NCBI GenBank assembly: GCA_039804225.1
Contig: JBDLWN010000102.1
Location: 3,344-67,343 of the forward strand
Direction of reading: 5' to 3'
Length of the DNA stretch: 64,000 nucleotides
From: Chloroflexota bacterium
GTDB lineage: Bacteria > Chloroflexota > Limnocylindria > Limnocylindrales > Limnocylindraceae
Shown here: positions 41,179 to 53,128 of the stretch, one piece after another
How the letters are laid out: every line of letters begins with the position of its first letter
Numbering within the stretch: position 1 is the stretch's first letter
Notes under the pieces: model-generated
What the model saw: the letters and a program-made list of their open reading frames with translations, nothing else
Told to the model about the DNA's origin: nothing
Databases searched by the model: none
Position numbers and translations under genes: made by a program

Positions 41179-42019
41179 TGTGGGCGAGTAGCAGGCGTCC
41201 GATCACGCCGAACACAATGGTCATCACCAAGAGAATCAGCAACTCCACGCCGACAGGCAGAATTCCCGTTGCAGCAAGCTGTGGCACCGCAACTTGGCGC
41301 AGCGCGTCAATCGCTGGAGCGAGCGGCAAGATGCCGAGTGCGACCACACCAACCGTGCCCATGGAACGTACGGGTGCGTAGACGCCGCCGAGTAGTTGCA
41401 TCGGCTCGTTCAAAAGGCTCCCGAGATGATCTGCCTCGCGGCCGGAGATGAGGAAGATTGACGAGAGACAGACGCCGAGCGAATACATCGCCGCCACCCC
41501 CGCGAAGATGACCAGCGCAAGCAGGAACGGATCGGCCACCTGGTACTTTGCCCCGAAGAGGAGCACGCCTGCCACGGTAATGATCACCGCCCGAATGACC
41601 ACGCCGAGCGCCCCGCCGATCGCCATGCCGAGGGCAATAGCGCCGAGGCCGACGGGGGCGGTGATGTAGAGGAGGAGATTCCCCGAGTCGCGCTCCCAGT
41701 GGAACTGTGCCCCCATCATCCACACGACAGAGATCCAGAAAGAGAGGAGTGCGGTCGCCAAGATGGTGGAGGCGATCCACGCCTCATCCACCCCGCGGGA
41801 GCGGAGCAGGAAGACGATCGAGCACATGCCAAGAATCGGGAAGACAAGATCGAAGAAGAGCCATGACGGTTCGCGCGCTGCACCGATCACACGTGGATAG
41901 GCGCGGGCCACCACCGAAACGAATGCGTGCCGAAATCGTCGACCGAGGCTCCACGAGGTCTCCTCATGAATTCGCGAGATGAGGGCGGTGGCCTCTGCGC
42001 CAACGACGCTACTCCCCAT
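41129..42019 (-). CDS. ABC-2 type transporter permease
   Basis: Six-TM ABC-2 permease topology. Overlaps the ATPase gene stop. Confidence 0.65.
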   Translation of the reverse strand: MGSSVVGAEATALISRIHEETSWSLGRRFRHAFVSVVARAYPRVIGAAREPSWLFFDLVFPILGMCSIVFLLRSRGVDEAWIASTILATALLSFWISVVWMMGAQFHWERDSGNLLLYITAPVGLGAIALGMAIGGALGVVIRAVIITVAGVLLFGAKYQVADPFLLALVIFAGVAAMYSLGVCLSSIFLISGREADHLGSLLNEPMQLLGGVYAPVRSMGTVGVVALGILPLAPAIDALRQVAVPQLAATGILPVGVELLILLVMTIVFGVIGRLLLAHIERIGRSGGKLLARAD

Positions 42020-43100
42020 CGCTCACCTCATCGGATTCGCTGATCCCGCGACCAACCAGTTGCACGAAGACCTCTTCTAGGGTTGGTTCACTCTTTGAGA
42101 TCTCCTGCAGGTGCGCGCCGCCTGCGGCGAGCGCACTAATCACGCCGCCAAGAGCAGCGTCTTCCTTAAGGCCGATGGCAAGGCGGAGCATGGGCGATCC
42201 GACTCCAGAGGCGTCGCTACCATCAGTATCTCGCGCCGCGACGGAGACCACGCCAGGGAGCCCGCGCAACGAGTCCAACGACATTGATGCAGGGAGTACG
42301 TCAATTCCAACGACAAAGAGTGCATCCTTCTGCACCATGCGCTTCAGCTCCGTTGGTGTCCCCTGCGCCAAGATGCGCCCGTGATCAACGATAGCGATGC
42401 GATCACACATCTCATCTGCCTCGGCCATGTAATGCGTGGTGAGAAGAACGGTTCGACCGGGCTGCTCTGCCTGAAAGGCGCGTACTCTATCGCGCACGTC
42501 GCGCGCGGCAGAAACGTCGAGACCGATCGTTGGCTCATCAAGGAAGAGGATCCATGGGTCGTTCAAGAACGATCGCGCAAAGTTCAACTTCTGACGCTGG
42601 CCCGTTGAGAGGGCGCTGATCTTTCGGTCGCGAATCTCTTCAATGCCGAATGAGGCGATCTGCGCGTCAACCTTTGCCATCCCTTCGCGATATGGCAAGC
42701 CGTAGAACTGAGCAAACATCGCCAGCTGCTCTCGAACGGTCAGCAGCCCGTACCCCGAGAAGTCGCCGCCAGCGACCAGGTTCATGATCCGGCGCACGCG
42801 TGCCGTCTCGGTAACGACATCCAGGCCGAAGATCGAAGCAGATCCGGTGCTCGGAAGGAGAAGGGTGCTCAGAATCTTGATCAGCGTGCTCTTCCCCGCG
42901 CCGTTAGGGCCAAGCACCCCGAAGAGCTCACCCGGCTCAATGCGCAGGTCGATGCCGTCTAGCGCCGTGACAGGACCACCTTTCGCATTGAAGACACGGC
43001 CGATCCCAGTGGCCTGAACGGCGGCAGGCGAGGTAGATCCCGACATAGCTCCTCCTTGGGCGGGGTGGTTCCACGTTGCCACTCGGTTGCAACGGCGCAA
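42009..43100 (-). CDS. ABC transporter ATP-binding protein (DrrA/NodI-like) with C-terminal extension
   Basis: Walker A (GPNGAGKST), signature (LSTGQRQKL), Walker B (LFLDEPT), H-loop (TTHYM), plus a roughly 100 aa C-terminal domain. Confidence 0.85.
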   Translation of the reverse strand: MRRCNRVATWNHPAQGGAMSGSTSPAAVQATGIGRVFNAKGGPVTALDGIDLRIEPGELFGVLGPNGAGKSTLIKILSTLLLPSTGSASIFGLDVVTETARVRRIMNLVAGGDFSGYGLLTVREQLAMFAQFYGLPYREGMAKVDAQIASFGIEEIRDRKISALSTGQRQKLNFARSFLNDPWILFLDEPTIGLDVSAARDVRDRVRAFQAEQPGRTVLLTTHYMAEADEMCDRIAIVDHGRILAQGTPTELKRMVQKDALFVVGIDVLPASMSLDSLRGLPGVVSVAARDTDGSDASGVGSPMLRLAIGLKEDAALGGVISALAAGGAHLQEISKSEPTLEEVFVQLVGRGISESDEVSDGE

Positions 43101-43183
43101 GTGGAGGGAGTCTACAATCTCCCTGCAGCTCCGTGGCGCACGTGTTCAACTCCGCGCCGACGGCTCACCTGCCGAATTGATGG

Positions 43184-45244
43184 ATGGAGAGACCCATGGA
43201 TCAGCGCCTCGACCAGTCGGCCGTCACCACCATTCGCACCCTTGCCATTGATACGGTACAGGCGGCGAACAGCGGACACCCTGGCGCTCCGATGGGCTGT
43301 GCACCGATGGCGCACACCATCTGGTCACGCCACCTTCGACACGCACCGTCAACGCCAAACTGGTTCAATCGCGATCGCTTCGTTCTCTCCAACGGACATG
43401 CGAGCGCACTCCTCTACTCACTCATTCATCTCGCCGGCTACGGCTTGACCCTTGATGACCTTCGCGCGTTCCGCCAGTGGGGCTCGCTCACCCCTGGGCA
43501 CCCAGAGTTCGGCTTGACCGCCGGCGTCGAAGCGACCACCGGCCCACTCGGCCAGGGGTTCGCGAACGGCGTTGGGATGGCCATCGCAGAGCGCCGCCTC
43601 GCCGAAGAGTTCAACCGCCCAGGACACACGGTGATTGATCACCGCGTGTTCGCGATCGTCTCCGACGGTGACCTCCAGGAGGGGATCGCCTCTGAGGCCG
43701 CGTCGCTCGCTGGGCACTTGAAGCTCAGCAAGTTGATCTACCTCTGGGACGACAATCTGATTCAGCTCGACGGGCCAACCTCGACCGCCTGGTCAGAGGA
43801 TGTGCTGAAGCGATTTGATGCCTACGGCTGGCACACCGCGCGCGTAGAAGAGGGCAACGACATCGAAGCCATCGATCGCGCCATTGATTGGGCGATCGCC
43901 GATGAGCGACCGAGCCTGATCGCAGTGCGAACCATCATCGGCTTCGGTTCACCGAACAAGGCGGGGAGCCAGAAGTCACACGGCGCACCACTCGGTCCTG
44001 ATGAGGTGAAACTGACCAAGTCAGCGTATGGCGTTGACCCAGAGGCAACCTTTGCGGTGCCCGCCGATGTTGCCGCCCTCTATAAGGAGCGCAGCGATCA
44101 CGGTGCAACCCTGGTTGCTGAGCACACGAAGAAGCTCCTCGCCTACGCCAACGCCTTCCCTGCCGAGGCCGCTGAACTGCAGCGCCGCATGGCGGGAACG
44201 CTTCCGGCCGGCTGGGAGAGCGCACTACCGAAGTACGAGCTTGGTGGTGATGCGCCAACACGCAACGTCAGCCAGTCGAGCATTTCAGCGCTCGGCGCAG
44301 TGCTTCCAGAGTTGATCGGCGGCAGCGCCGACCTCTCGGAGTCAAACCTCACCGACATCCATGGTGGTGGCAGGTTCACCGCGACCGAGTCGGGTCGCAA
44401 CATTAGCTACGGCGTGCGCGAACATGCGATGGGCGCAATTGCAAACGGCATCTCGTATCACGGTGGGCTCATTCCGTTCGTTGCAACGTTCCTGACGTTT
44501 AGCGACTACCTGCGCGGCGCTCTGCGCCTCGCAGCGCTCGCCAACCTCGGCAGCATCTTCGTCTTCACGCATGACTCGATTGGTCTTGGTGAAGATGGAC
44601 CAACACACCAGCCAGTTGAGCACTACGCCGCGTTGCGTGCGATTCCAAACGTGCGCTTCTTCCGCCCTGGCGATCCAAACGAGGCGGCAGCGGCGTGGGG
44701 CGTTGCCGTTGAACGACGACATGCGCCAACGGTGCTCGCCTTCACCCGACAGAAGTTGCCGGTGCTTGCTGGCTCCATCACAGGCGCAGCAGCCGGCGTG
44801 CGACGCGGTGCCTATGTGCTTCGCGAGGCAACGGGCGCCGCGAAGATGATCTTGATCTCGACGGGCTCAGAGTTGCACCTCGCCGTTGCGGCGGCTGAGC
44901 AGCTTGAGGCCGCCGGCACTCCAACACGCGTTGTCTCGATGCCCTGCCCGGAACTCTTCGGCGAGCAGGATGCGGCGTACCGCGAGTCGGTACTGCCAAC
45001 TGCGCTTCGTGCACGCGTTGCCATTGAGGCGGGTGTCAGCCTTGGTTGGGACCGCTGGTCAGGCACCGACGGCGCCATCATTGCGATGGACCGCTTCGGC
45101 GCATCGGCGCCTGCGCCAACCCTCTTCAAAGAGTTCGGCTTTACCCCAGAGCGCATCGTGGAGATCGCCAGGGGCGTGCTTGCAGGCACGGTGCACGGTG
45201 TCGTTCCGACGCCGCACCTGCACGATGGGCATCAGGTTCGCTGA
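43184..45244 (+). CDS. tkt: Transketolase
   Basis: ThDP-binding motifs ([19 protein letters not shown]), transketolase pyrimidine-binding and C-terminal domains. 686 aa. Confidence 0.95.
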   Translation: MERPMDQRLDQSAVTTIRTLAIDTVQAANSGHPGAPMGCAPMAHTIWSRHLRHAPSTPNWFNRDRFVLSNGHASALLYSLIHLAGYGLTLDDLRAFRQWGSLTPGHPEFGLTAGVEATTGPLGQGFANGVGMAIAERRLAEEFNRPGHTVIDHRVFAIVSDGDLQEGIASEAASLAGHLKLSKLIYLWDDNLIQLDGPTSTAWSEDVLKRFDAYGWHTARVEEGNDIEAIDRAIDWAIADERPSLIAVRTIIGFGSPNKAGSQKSHGAPLGPDEVKLTKSAYGVDPEATFAVPADVAALYKERSDHGATLVAEHTKKLLAYANAFPAEAAELQRRMAGTLPAGWESALPKYELGGDAPTRNVSQSSISALGAVLPELIGGSADLSESNLTDIHGGGRFTATESGRNISYGVREHAMGAIANGISYHGGLIPFVATFLTFSDYLRGALRLAALANLGSIFVFTHDSIGLGEDGPTHQPVEHYAALRAIPNVRFFRPGDPNEAAAAWGVAVERRHAPTVLAFTRQKLPVLAGSITGAAAGVRRGAYVLREATGAAKMILISTGSELHLAVAAAEQLEAAGTPTRVVSMPCPELFGEQDAAYRESVLPTALRARVAIEAGVSLGWDRWSGTDGAIIAMDRFGASAPAPTLFKEFGFTPERIVEIARGVLAGTVHGVVPTPHLHDGHQVR

Positions 45245-45245
45245 G

Positions 45246-45710
45246 GTGGGTCGCCGACTCGCCATCGCCGCCGACCACGCCGGAGCCGCTCTCAAGGCGG
45301 AAATCGTTGCCCGCGTTGCAGAGATCGCGCCCGACTGGAGCGTTGCCGACCTTGGTGGCGACGGGAGTGACCCGACCGACGACTACCCCGACTCTGCACG
45401 CGCGGTTGCGGAGCGCATGCTCGCCGGCCAGGCCGATCGGGGTCTGGTGATTTGTGGCTCAGGGATCGGCGTCACGATCGCCGCGAATAAGTTCCACGGA
45501 ATTCGCGCCTCAATCGCACACGATCCAGCATCTGCGCGCCAAGGCGTGGTGCATGACGACATGAACGTACTCGCCTTCGGCGCGAACCTGATTACCCTTG
45601 AGACGGCGCTCGAAACGCTTGCCGCCTTCTTGCAGTCCGAGCCGAGTAGCGAAGAGCGATACCTCCGCCGCACGGCCAAGGTCGCCGATATTGAAGAGGA
45701 GCAGTCATGA
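45246..45710 (+). CDS. rpiB: Ribose-5-phosphate isomerase B (RpiB/LacAB family)
   Basis: LAIAADHAG..LK N-terminus, CGSGIGV..ANK, HD..ARQ motifs. GTG start 1 nt after the tkt stop; the ORF-track start at 44886 lies inside tkt. Confidence 0.85.
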   Translation: MGRRLAIAADHAGAALKAEIVARVAEIAPDWSVADLGGDGSDPTDDYPDSARAVAERMLAGQADRGLVICGSGIGVTIAANKFHGIRASIAHDPASARQGVVHDDMNVLAFGANLITLETALETLAAFLQSEPSSEERYLRRTAKVADIEEEQS

Positions 45711-47485
45711 GCAGCGAACCACGACTCCCGTTCCGCGCGCGTATTGGCCGAGCCTCAGACCTTGCCGCAATCGAAAGCACGTTCGAACGCGCTCGCGCCG
45801 GCGAATGGGCCGTGCGACTCGCTGCACGTGACACTTCACTGTGGAGCAGCGATGCCGACGTGCAAGAGAAGATTGCGAATCGTCTCGGTTGGCTCGATGC
45901 CCCTGAACACTTCACTACGGAGATCCCAGCGCTGGAAGCGTTCGGCGAGTCGCCCGTTACTGGCGCCGCCACCCGCGTCACCGACTTTGTCGTTGCTGGC
46001 ATGGGCGGCTCGTCGCTTGCCCCTGAGGTGCTCGCACGAGCCTTTTCCGACATCACCGACTGGGGGAAGGCTCGTATCTGCGACTCGACCGACCCTGAGG
46101 CGGTGCGAACTGCGGTCGCTGGGCTGAAGCCAGAGAGCAGCTACTACCTGCTCGCGAGCAAGTCAGGCACCACGACGGAGACGCTCTCCTTCGCCGCATA
46201 CGCGTACGAGTTGAATAAGCAGCAACTCGCCGTAAGCGGCTCCGCACAGGAGCCAACGGCAAACTTCGCTGCCATCAGTGACCCGTCTCCGTGCGTTGAC
46301 GGAGTTACGAAGGTGGTTGACACCAGTCGTCTCTTCTTGAATCCCGCCGACATTGGTGGCCGCTACTCGGCGCTCAGCTTCGTTGGCCTTGTCCCTGCGG
46401 CACTCCTCGGGATTGATCTTGATCCACTCCTCGCATCGGGGAGCGCAGCGATCGCACAGAGCCGCGATCCAGAGCCAGCGGGGAATCACGCACTCGCCCT
46501 CGGCTGCATCATGGGCGCACTGGCGCGTGAGGGTCGCGACAAGATGACGCTCATCGTCGACGAACCGATTGATGGCTTCGGCGCCTGGGCAGAACAGCTC
46601 GTCGCAGAGAGCACTGGAAAGCACGGAGTTGGTGTGGTGCCCGTTGATGGCGAGCCGCTCGGCGCCGTCACCGCCTACGGCGATGATCGACTCTTCGTTC
46701 GCATCAAGTTGGATGGCGGCGTTGCGCCACGCTGCGCCGATGGCTCCGCCGTTGACGCACGGCTCGACGCACTCGCCGCAGCGGGTCACCCAGTCATGGA
46801 GTGGACGCTCAACGATCGCATTGACATTGGTGGGGAGTTCGTGCGCTGGGAGGTAGCAACGGCATTTGCTGGCGCCGTGCTGAACATCAATCCATTTGAT
46901 GAGCCGAACGTCACTGAGTCGAAGACCAACACCGCAAATGTGCTTGCCGAACTTGCGGCGAGCGGTGCGCTTCCAGAGTTGCCAGCAAAGTGCTCAGTTG
47001 ATGGTTTGCAGATCTGGGCCGATGACACGCTCCCCGCCGCATTCGCCGATGATGCAGAGCGGCTCATCGCCGGCCAGCTTGATCGACTCCGTGCCAACGG
47101 CTACATCGGCATTCAGGCGTATATCGCCAGCACGCCGGCGCGCAGCGCGGCGCTCACCAGGTTGCGCCTCGCCCTACGCGACGCGACCGGGCGAGCCACC
47201 ACCGTCGGCATCGGGCCGCGCTTCCTGCACTCCACGGGCCAACTCCATAAGGGTGGGGCGCCGATCGGCTGGTTCCTACAGATCGTGGCGGGGCACCCCC
47301 ACGATCTCGCAATTCCGGGGCGGCCGTATAGCTTCGGTCAGCTGATTGACGCTCAGGCGCTCGGGGATGTGCGCTCACTGGCAGACCACGGACTCCCCGT
47401 GCTGCGAGTGCACCTGGGCAACGACCCAGACGCTGGGCTCACGCGCCTCACCGCGCTCATCGAACGGGTGCTCGCAGTTCGCTAG
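45707..47485 (+). CDS. pgi: Glucose-6-phosphate isomerase (PGI superfamily)
   Basis: RLGWLDAPE N-terminal motif and SIS-domain motifs (GMGGSSLAPEV, SKSGTTTET). 592 aa. ATGA overlap with rpiB. Confidence 0.7.
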   Translation: MSSEPRLPFRARIGRASDLAAIESTFERARAGEWAVRLAARDTSLWSSDADVQEKIANRLGWLDAPEHFTTEIPALEAFGESPVTGAATRVTDFVVAGMGGSSLAPEVLARAFSDITDWGKARICDSTDPEAVRTAVAGLKPESSYYLLASKSGTTTETLSFAAYAYELNKQQLAVSGSAQEPTANFAAISDPSPCVDGVTKVVDTSRLFLNPADIGGRYSALSFVGLVPAALLGIDLDPLLASGSAAIAQSRDPEPAGNHALALGCIMGALAREGRDKMTLIVDEPIDGFGAWAEQLVAESTGKHGVGVVPVDGEPLGAVTAYGDDRLFVRIKLDGGVAPRCADGSAVDARLDALAAAGHPVMEWTLNDRIDIGGEFVRWEVATAFAGAVLNINPFDEPNVTESKTNTANVLAELAASGALPELPAKCSVDGLQIWADDTLPAAFADDAERLIAGQLDRLRANGYIGIQAYIASTPARSAALTRLRLALRDATGRATTVGIGPRFLHSTGQLHKGGAPIGWFLQIVAGHPHDLAIPGRPYSFGQLIDAQALGDVRSLADHGLPVLRVHLGNDPDAGLTRLTALIERVLAVR

Positions 47486-47524
47486 CATCGGGTTATACAG
47501 CCACTAATAGTGAAGGGGGAGAAC

Positions 47525-48420
<896 letters not shown>

Positions 48421-48424
<4 letters not shown>

Positions 48425-50037
48425 GCCCACAAACGCCCCCTGAGGGGCACGCAACAATTCGCGATCTTCGACTCGGCAAGAAGACGCGGAAGCCTGCGGC
48501 GAAGAAGGGGGCGAAGAACCCACTGCGAGCCGGGCTGCGCATCGAGCGCGTGCCTGATCCGCATGTGGTGGTTCTCTTTGGTGCAACGGGTGATCTCGCG
48601 CACCGCAAGGTTGTCCCGGCGCTCTTCCACCTATGGGTTGGCAATCTTCTCCCAGAGCGATTCGCACTCGTCTGCTTCGGCCGACGTTCGTTTAGTGATC
48701 AGGAGATCCGCACCGCACTGCGCGCCTCACTCGATAAGCATGCGCGGATTACCCCAGTAGACGAAGAGCGATGGGCAACGTTCGCTGCGCGCATCACTTA
48801 TCACCAGGGTGGTTTTGACGAGCCAGCGGCATACGCGTCGTTGGCGACCAAGCTCGACGCTATTGACACCGAGTCCGGCACCGATGGGAATCGCCTCTAC
48901 TACCTCGCGACACCGGCCTCATCGTTCCCAGAGATTGTGCGAAGCCTTGGTGCTGCAGGCCTCGATCACGAGACCGCCGATGGCGGTTGGCGCCGCATCG
49001 TCATCGAGAAGCCGTTCGGCCGCGACCTTGAGACGGCGGTCAAGCTCAACCGCGAGGTTGGCAAAGTCTTCCGCGAGTCGCAGGTCTATCGCATCGACCA
49101 CTACCTCGGTAAAGAGACGGTGCGCAACATCCTGATCTTCCGCTTCGGCAACCTGATCTTTGAGCCGATCTGGCACCGCCGCTACATCGACCATGTGCAG
49201 ATCACGGTCGCCGAGTCGATCGGTGTTGAGGGGCGCGGCGCATTCTACGAAGAGACTGGGGCACTGCGCGACATCTTGCAGAACCACCTGCTGCAGTTGC
49301 TGACGCTGGTGGCCATGGAGCCGCCGGCAAATCTCGAGGCCGATGCTCTGCGCGACGAGAAGGTGAAGGTACTCCGCGCCATTCGACCGATCCCCGTTGA
49401 GAAGGTTGATCAGTCGGTGGTTCGCGGCCAGTACGGCCCAGGTTGGGTTGGGGCGACAGAGACGTCTGCCTATCGCAGTGAACCGGCGGTTGACCCTGCC
49501 AGCGAAACCGAAACATTTGTTGCGGCACGCCTCGAGATTGACGATTGGCGTTGGGCTGGCGTCCCCTTCTATCTACGCGCCGGAAAGCGCCTCCCAAAGC
49601 GAGCCACCGAGATCGCTATCCAGTTCAAAGATGTTCCACAGCGCCTCTTCCCCACGGTCGGCGATGAGCCGGAGCCGAACCTCCTCGTCATTCGCATTCA
49701 ACCTGATGAGGGAATCCTCATGCGCTTCGCGGCGAAGGTCCCTGGTCTAGGGATCGATGTTCGCCCAGTGAACATGGACTTCGCCTACGGTTCAGCCTTC
49801 ACGGTGGAGAGCCCCGACGCCTACGAGACGCTGATCCTTGACGCACTGTTGGGCGACGCGTCACTTTTCACGCGCGCCGATGAGGTCGAGGCGGCCTGGC
49901 GCATCGTTGACCCAATCATCGATGCCTGGATCGCCGGCGCCGAGCCAGAGATGCCGAACTACACATCGGGCACCTGGGGCCCCGAGGCCGCAGACGAGCT
50001 ACTCACCCGAGAGGGGCGCCGCTGGCGCCGCCTCTAA
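48421..50037 (+). CDS. zwf: Glucose-6-phosphate dehydrogenase
   Basis: GATGDLA..RK NADP motif, RIDHYLGKE active-site motif, EKPFG. 538 aa. Confidence 0.9.
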
Positions 50038-50058
50038 GCTGGCAGAGGCGCGACACCG

Positions 50059-51240
50059 ATGAGCCTCAACTCCATCCTCGCTTCGTCACTCCGTTGGTCT
50101 TCGAGCGCCACGACCGTTGCTGAAGCTGACGCACTCCTCGCCAAACTCTGGGCGAGCAGCGAGACGCGCCGATTCCTAGTCTCTGACTCGCCTACCGACG
50201 CAACCACGGCCGAGCCGATTGCAGTGCGCACCGGCGTGATGAATCTCGCCGTTGTTGCCAACGGCGCAGAGCGTGCTACGCACGCGGCCTCCATCTTGGC
50301 AACGCTGCCGCGCAACCCGTCGCGCACCCTCTTCATTGTTCCGCGTGATCCAGAAGGTCCCGCCACGTTCGCCGCACGTCTTGAAGTGTTTTGCGCCGTT
50401 ACGCCACGCGGTGATGGAACCTCGGCATGCACGGAGCTACTCTGGATTGATGTGGGAGGACCTGCGGCGCATCACCTCGCCAGCATCGTGCCACCGCTCT
50501 CTCTCCATGATCTACCGACGTTACTTTGGTGGGATGCCCCAGTAAACGCAGCCGAGAACGACGTTCGACAACTCTTGCGCGGTGTTGACCGCGTGATCAT
50601 TGATGGTGCAACGCAACCGAACGACGGCCTCGCAACCATTCAAAGCCTCTTCGCCGCAGCGGAGAGCGCCGGTGTCGCACTCACCGACTTCGCACTGCTT
50701 CGCCAAGGGCGTTGGCGCGATTCTATCGCCACGATGTTTGACGACGAGTCGGCGACCCCATTCCTAAGTGCTATCAACAAGGTCTCCATCGACTACTCAG
50801 GTGGAAAGGGCTCCAGCGCGTCGATCAACGTTGTGCGCCCCGCCTATCACGTGGCGTGGCTCGCCTCACGACTAAAGGCCTCTATCAAGACGCCACTGCA
50901 CGTAGGAGAGGGCCCAGGGTGGCGTGCTGAGCTGCATGACCCGCAGCGTCACGCAATTTCCGTTGAGTTGAACCCCGTTGAGTCGGTGCTCGGCGCTGGC
51001 ACAACCATCGCGGTACGCATTGTGGCTGATCGGCGAGGTGATCACTTCGATCTTGAGGTGCGTGCTGATTCCACCTCAACCCGTGCGATCGTCAAGATCA
51101 ACGGGAAGGTGGTGCATGAGCGAACATTCCAGGCACCTCGTTGGACCGAGGCGACACTGCTAAGTGAGTCACTTGAATATGGCGAAGTTGATCCTCTCTC
51201 ACCAGCGATCCTTCGAACCATGAGCGCGCTGATCGGATGA
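50059..51240 (+). CDS. opcA: OpcA, glucose-6-phosphate dehydrogenase assembly protein
   Basis: Conserved position directly after zwf. 393 aa, with composition and length typical of actinobacterial OpcA. Confidence 0.75.
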   Translation: MSLNSILASSLRWSSSATTVAEADALLAKLWASSETRRFLVSDSPTDATTAEPIAVRTGVMNLAVVANGAERATHAASILATLPRNPSRTLFIVPRDPEGPATFAARLEVFCAVTPRGDGTSACTELLWIDVGGPAAHHLASIVPPLSLHDLPTLLWWDAPVNAAENDVRQLLRGVDRVIIDGATQPNDGLATIQSLFAAAESAGVALTDFALLRQGRWRDSIATMFDDESATPFLSAINKVSIDYSGGKGSSASINVVRPAYHVAWLASRLKASIKTPLHVGEGPGWRAELHDPQRHAISVELNPVESVLGAGTTIAVRIVADRRGDHFDLEVRADSTSTRAIVKINGKVVHERTFQAPRWTEATLLSESLEYGEVDPLSPAILRTMSALIG

Positions 51241-52007
51241 GTCTCCCCACGGTTCGCGTGCTCGTCGACGCCGAGGGCGTTGCGGAGGCAGCTGCGGACC
51301 AGATCATCGAGGCGGCGACTGCCGCCGTTGCTGCTGGCGGCGTCTTTCATCTCTGCACAACGGGGGGTTCAACTCCTGCGGCGCTCTATCGCGCCCTGCG
51401 CGAACCCTCACGAGCCGACCGAATGCCATGGGCGCAAACTCAGATCTGGTTCGGTGATGACCGCTTCGTGCCACGTGCTGACCCGCTCTCAAACGTCACC
51501 CCGCTCGACGCCCAGTTGTTGAGCGCGGGCGCCGATGGTGCCCTCTCACGACTCGCCTCCAGCGCGGTTCATCCCTGGCCCACGACTGCAGCCGATGCGC
51601 CAACCGCGGTAAGCGCCTATCTCGAGGAGCTGCGATCCGCTGGGGTGCCGCACACGCCGACGGGCTTCCCCATCTTCGACCTGCTGCTCATCGGCATTGG
51701 CGGCGATGGGCACTGCCTGAGCGTCTTCCCTGGCTCACCGCTTGCGCTCGAGCGGGCGCCGGTCGCCGCGGGGGTTCCAGCTCCAACGCACATCGAGCCG
51801 CACGTGCCGCGCCTCTCCTTCTCGCTCGGCGTGCTCGCCAGTGCACGCGCGGTGATTGCCCTCGCTCCAGGCGCCGGCAAGGCCGATGCACTCGCGCGCA
51901 TCTTCAGCGACTCCAACGCAGTGGCCGACGTACCAGCAAAGGCGGCGCTGATCCCCACGGCGACATGGCTGCTCGATACGGCCTCGGCCGTAAAGCTATC
52001 CGCGTGA
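51237..52007 (+). CDS. pgl: 6-phosphogluconolactonase
   Basis: Glucosamine-6-P isomerase/Pgl fold motifs (LCTTGGSTP, LLLIGIGGDGHCLSVFPGS). Conserved position after opcA. Confidence 0.85.
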   Translation: MSLPTVRVLVDAEGVAEAAADQIIEAATAAVAAGGVFHLCTTGGSTPAALYRALREPSRADRMPWAQTQIWFGDDRFVPRADPLSNVTPLDAQLLSAGADGALSRLASSAVHPWPTTAADAPTAVSAYLEELRSAGVPHTPTGFPIFDLLLIGIGGDGHCLSVFPGSPLALERAPVAAGVPAPTHIEPHVPRLSFSLGVLASARAVIALAPGAGKADALARIFSDSNAVADVPAKAALIPTATWLLDTASAVKLSA

Positions 52008-53128
52008 CCCGCTCGGCGCGTGCCCTTAGGCTCGGCGCTGTCGGACTGATCACCGCCCTCTCGTTGCTCCTGCACCAGCAGGCGGCGCGACTCCCGATCG
52101 ACTTCGATGAAGATGACTACATGCGTGCCGGACAGATCTTGGCCGACGAGATTCGCACTGGCAATCCTACGATCTTGCTTGAGGAAAACTACCGAATTGA
52201 GCATCCGCAGTTTGTGAAGATGCTGATCGCGTCGGTGATGCTCGGCATGGAGCCGATTCAGCGCATCCCAGAGCTCCGCGTCACAGCCAACCCCTACGAG
52301 CTGATGCATCGGCCAACGCTGGCTGCAGTACGCCGCATGGAGGTAGCGTTCGGTATAGTCGCCGTCACCGCCTTGGCGCTGGTCAGCCCGGTTGCAGGGG
52401 TCTTTCTTGCGACGAGCACCTGGGTCATCAAGTACACCAGCCAAGTGATGCTCGAATCGGTGCCGCTCCTCTTCTCACTGCTAGGCGTGGCGCTCTACGA
52501 GTTCGCACGCGGTATCTCTAGTGCACGTCGTCGGCGGCTCGCCTACATCGCCTCTGCAATTGGCATTGGCCTCGCCGTCGGCGCCAAGTATCCGTATGCG
52601 ATTGCCGGCCTCGCGATCGTTGTCGATCGCCTCCGTCGCACGCGACGCGGCGAGACACTCAGGCTCAAGGATGCGCTTGGCTGGAGCGCTATCGCTGCGC
52701 TCGCCTTCTTTGCGGTGAATCCGTACCTGTGGAGCGACCCAATCGGTCGGCTGATCGCGAGCGCCGCTTATCACCCAGAGTACGCCGCAAGCGAGCAGGT
52801 TCAATCGACTGGCTTCCCAGCGTGGCAACAGTTGATCTGGCTGATGCAGTCGGTGCCATGGCACGACGACCAGAACATTTTCCTCGTGAAGTTCGACACC
52901 TGGATGCTTCTGCTGGCGCTTATTGGCCTTGTGCCACTTGCACGCAATCGACCGGTCTATGCAATCTGGCTTGGACTCGGCGCCGTTGCGCTGCTCTTCT
53001 GGCCAACCAAGTGGCCACAGTACCTACTAACGATTGCTGTTCCCTACGCGCTCGGCGGCGCCGCCGGTCTCGCGCTGATCGGGAAGGTAGCCGTTGGACT
53101 CCCTCGTCGGCTGCTCAAGGGACGCTGA
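51965..53128 (+). CDS. GT-C fold membrane glycosyltransferase-like protein (PMT/ArnT-like), start uncertain
   Basis: TM1 followed by an acidic DE-type loop (PIDFDEDDY). Multiple TM helices. The ORF-track start overlaps pgl, so the true start is probably near 52010. Confidence 0.45.
   Translation: MAARYGLGRKAIRVTRSARALRLGAVGLITALSLLLHQQAARLPIDFDEDDYMRAGQILADEIRTGNPTILLEENYRIEHPQFVKMLIASVMLGMEPIQRIPELRVTANPYELMHRPTLAAVRRMEVAFGIVAVTALALVSPVAGVFLATSTWVIKYTSQVMLESVPLLFSLLGVALYEFARGISSARRRRLAYIASAIGIGLAVGAKYPYAIAGLAIVVDRLRRTRRGETLRLKDALGWSAIAALAFFAVNPYLWSDPIGRLIASAAYHPEYAASEQVQSTGFPAWQQLIWLMQSVPWHDDQNIFLVKFDTWMLLLALIGLVPLARNRPVYAIWLGLGAVALLFWPTKWPQYLLTIAVPYALGGAAGLALIGKVAVGLPRRLLKGR

Noticed and set aside
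51617-52444. 275 aa minus-strand ORF antisense to pgl and the GT-C gene
   Set aside because: Antisense to conserved pgl. Arg-rich low-complexity translation.
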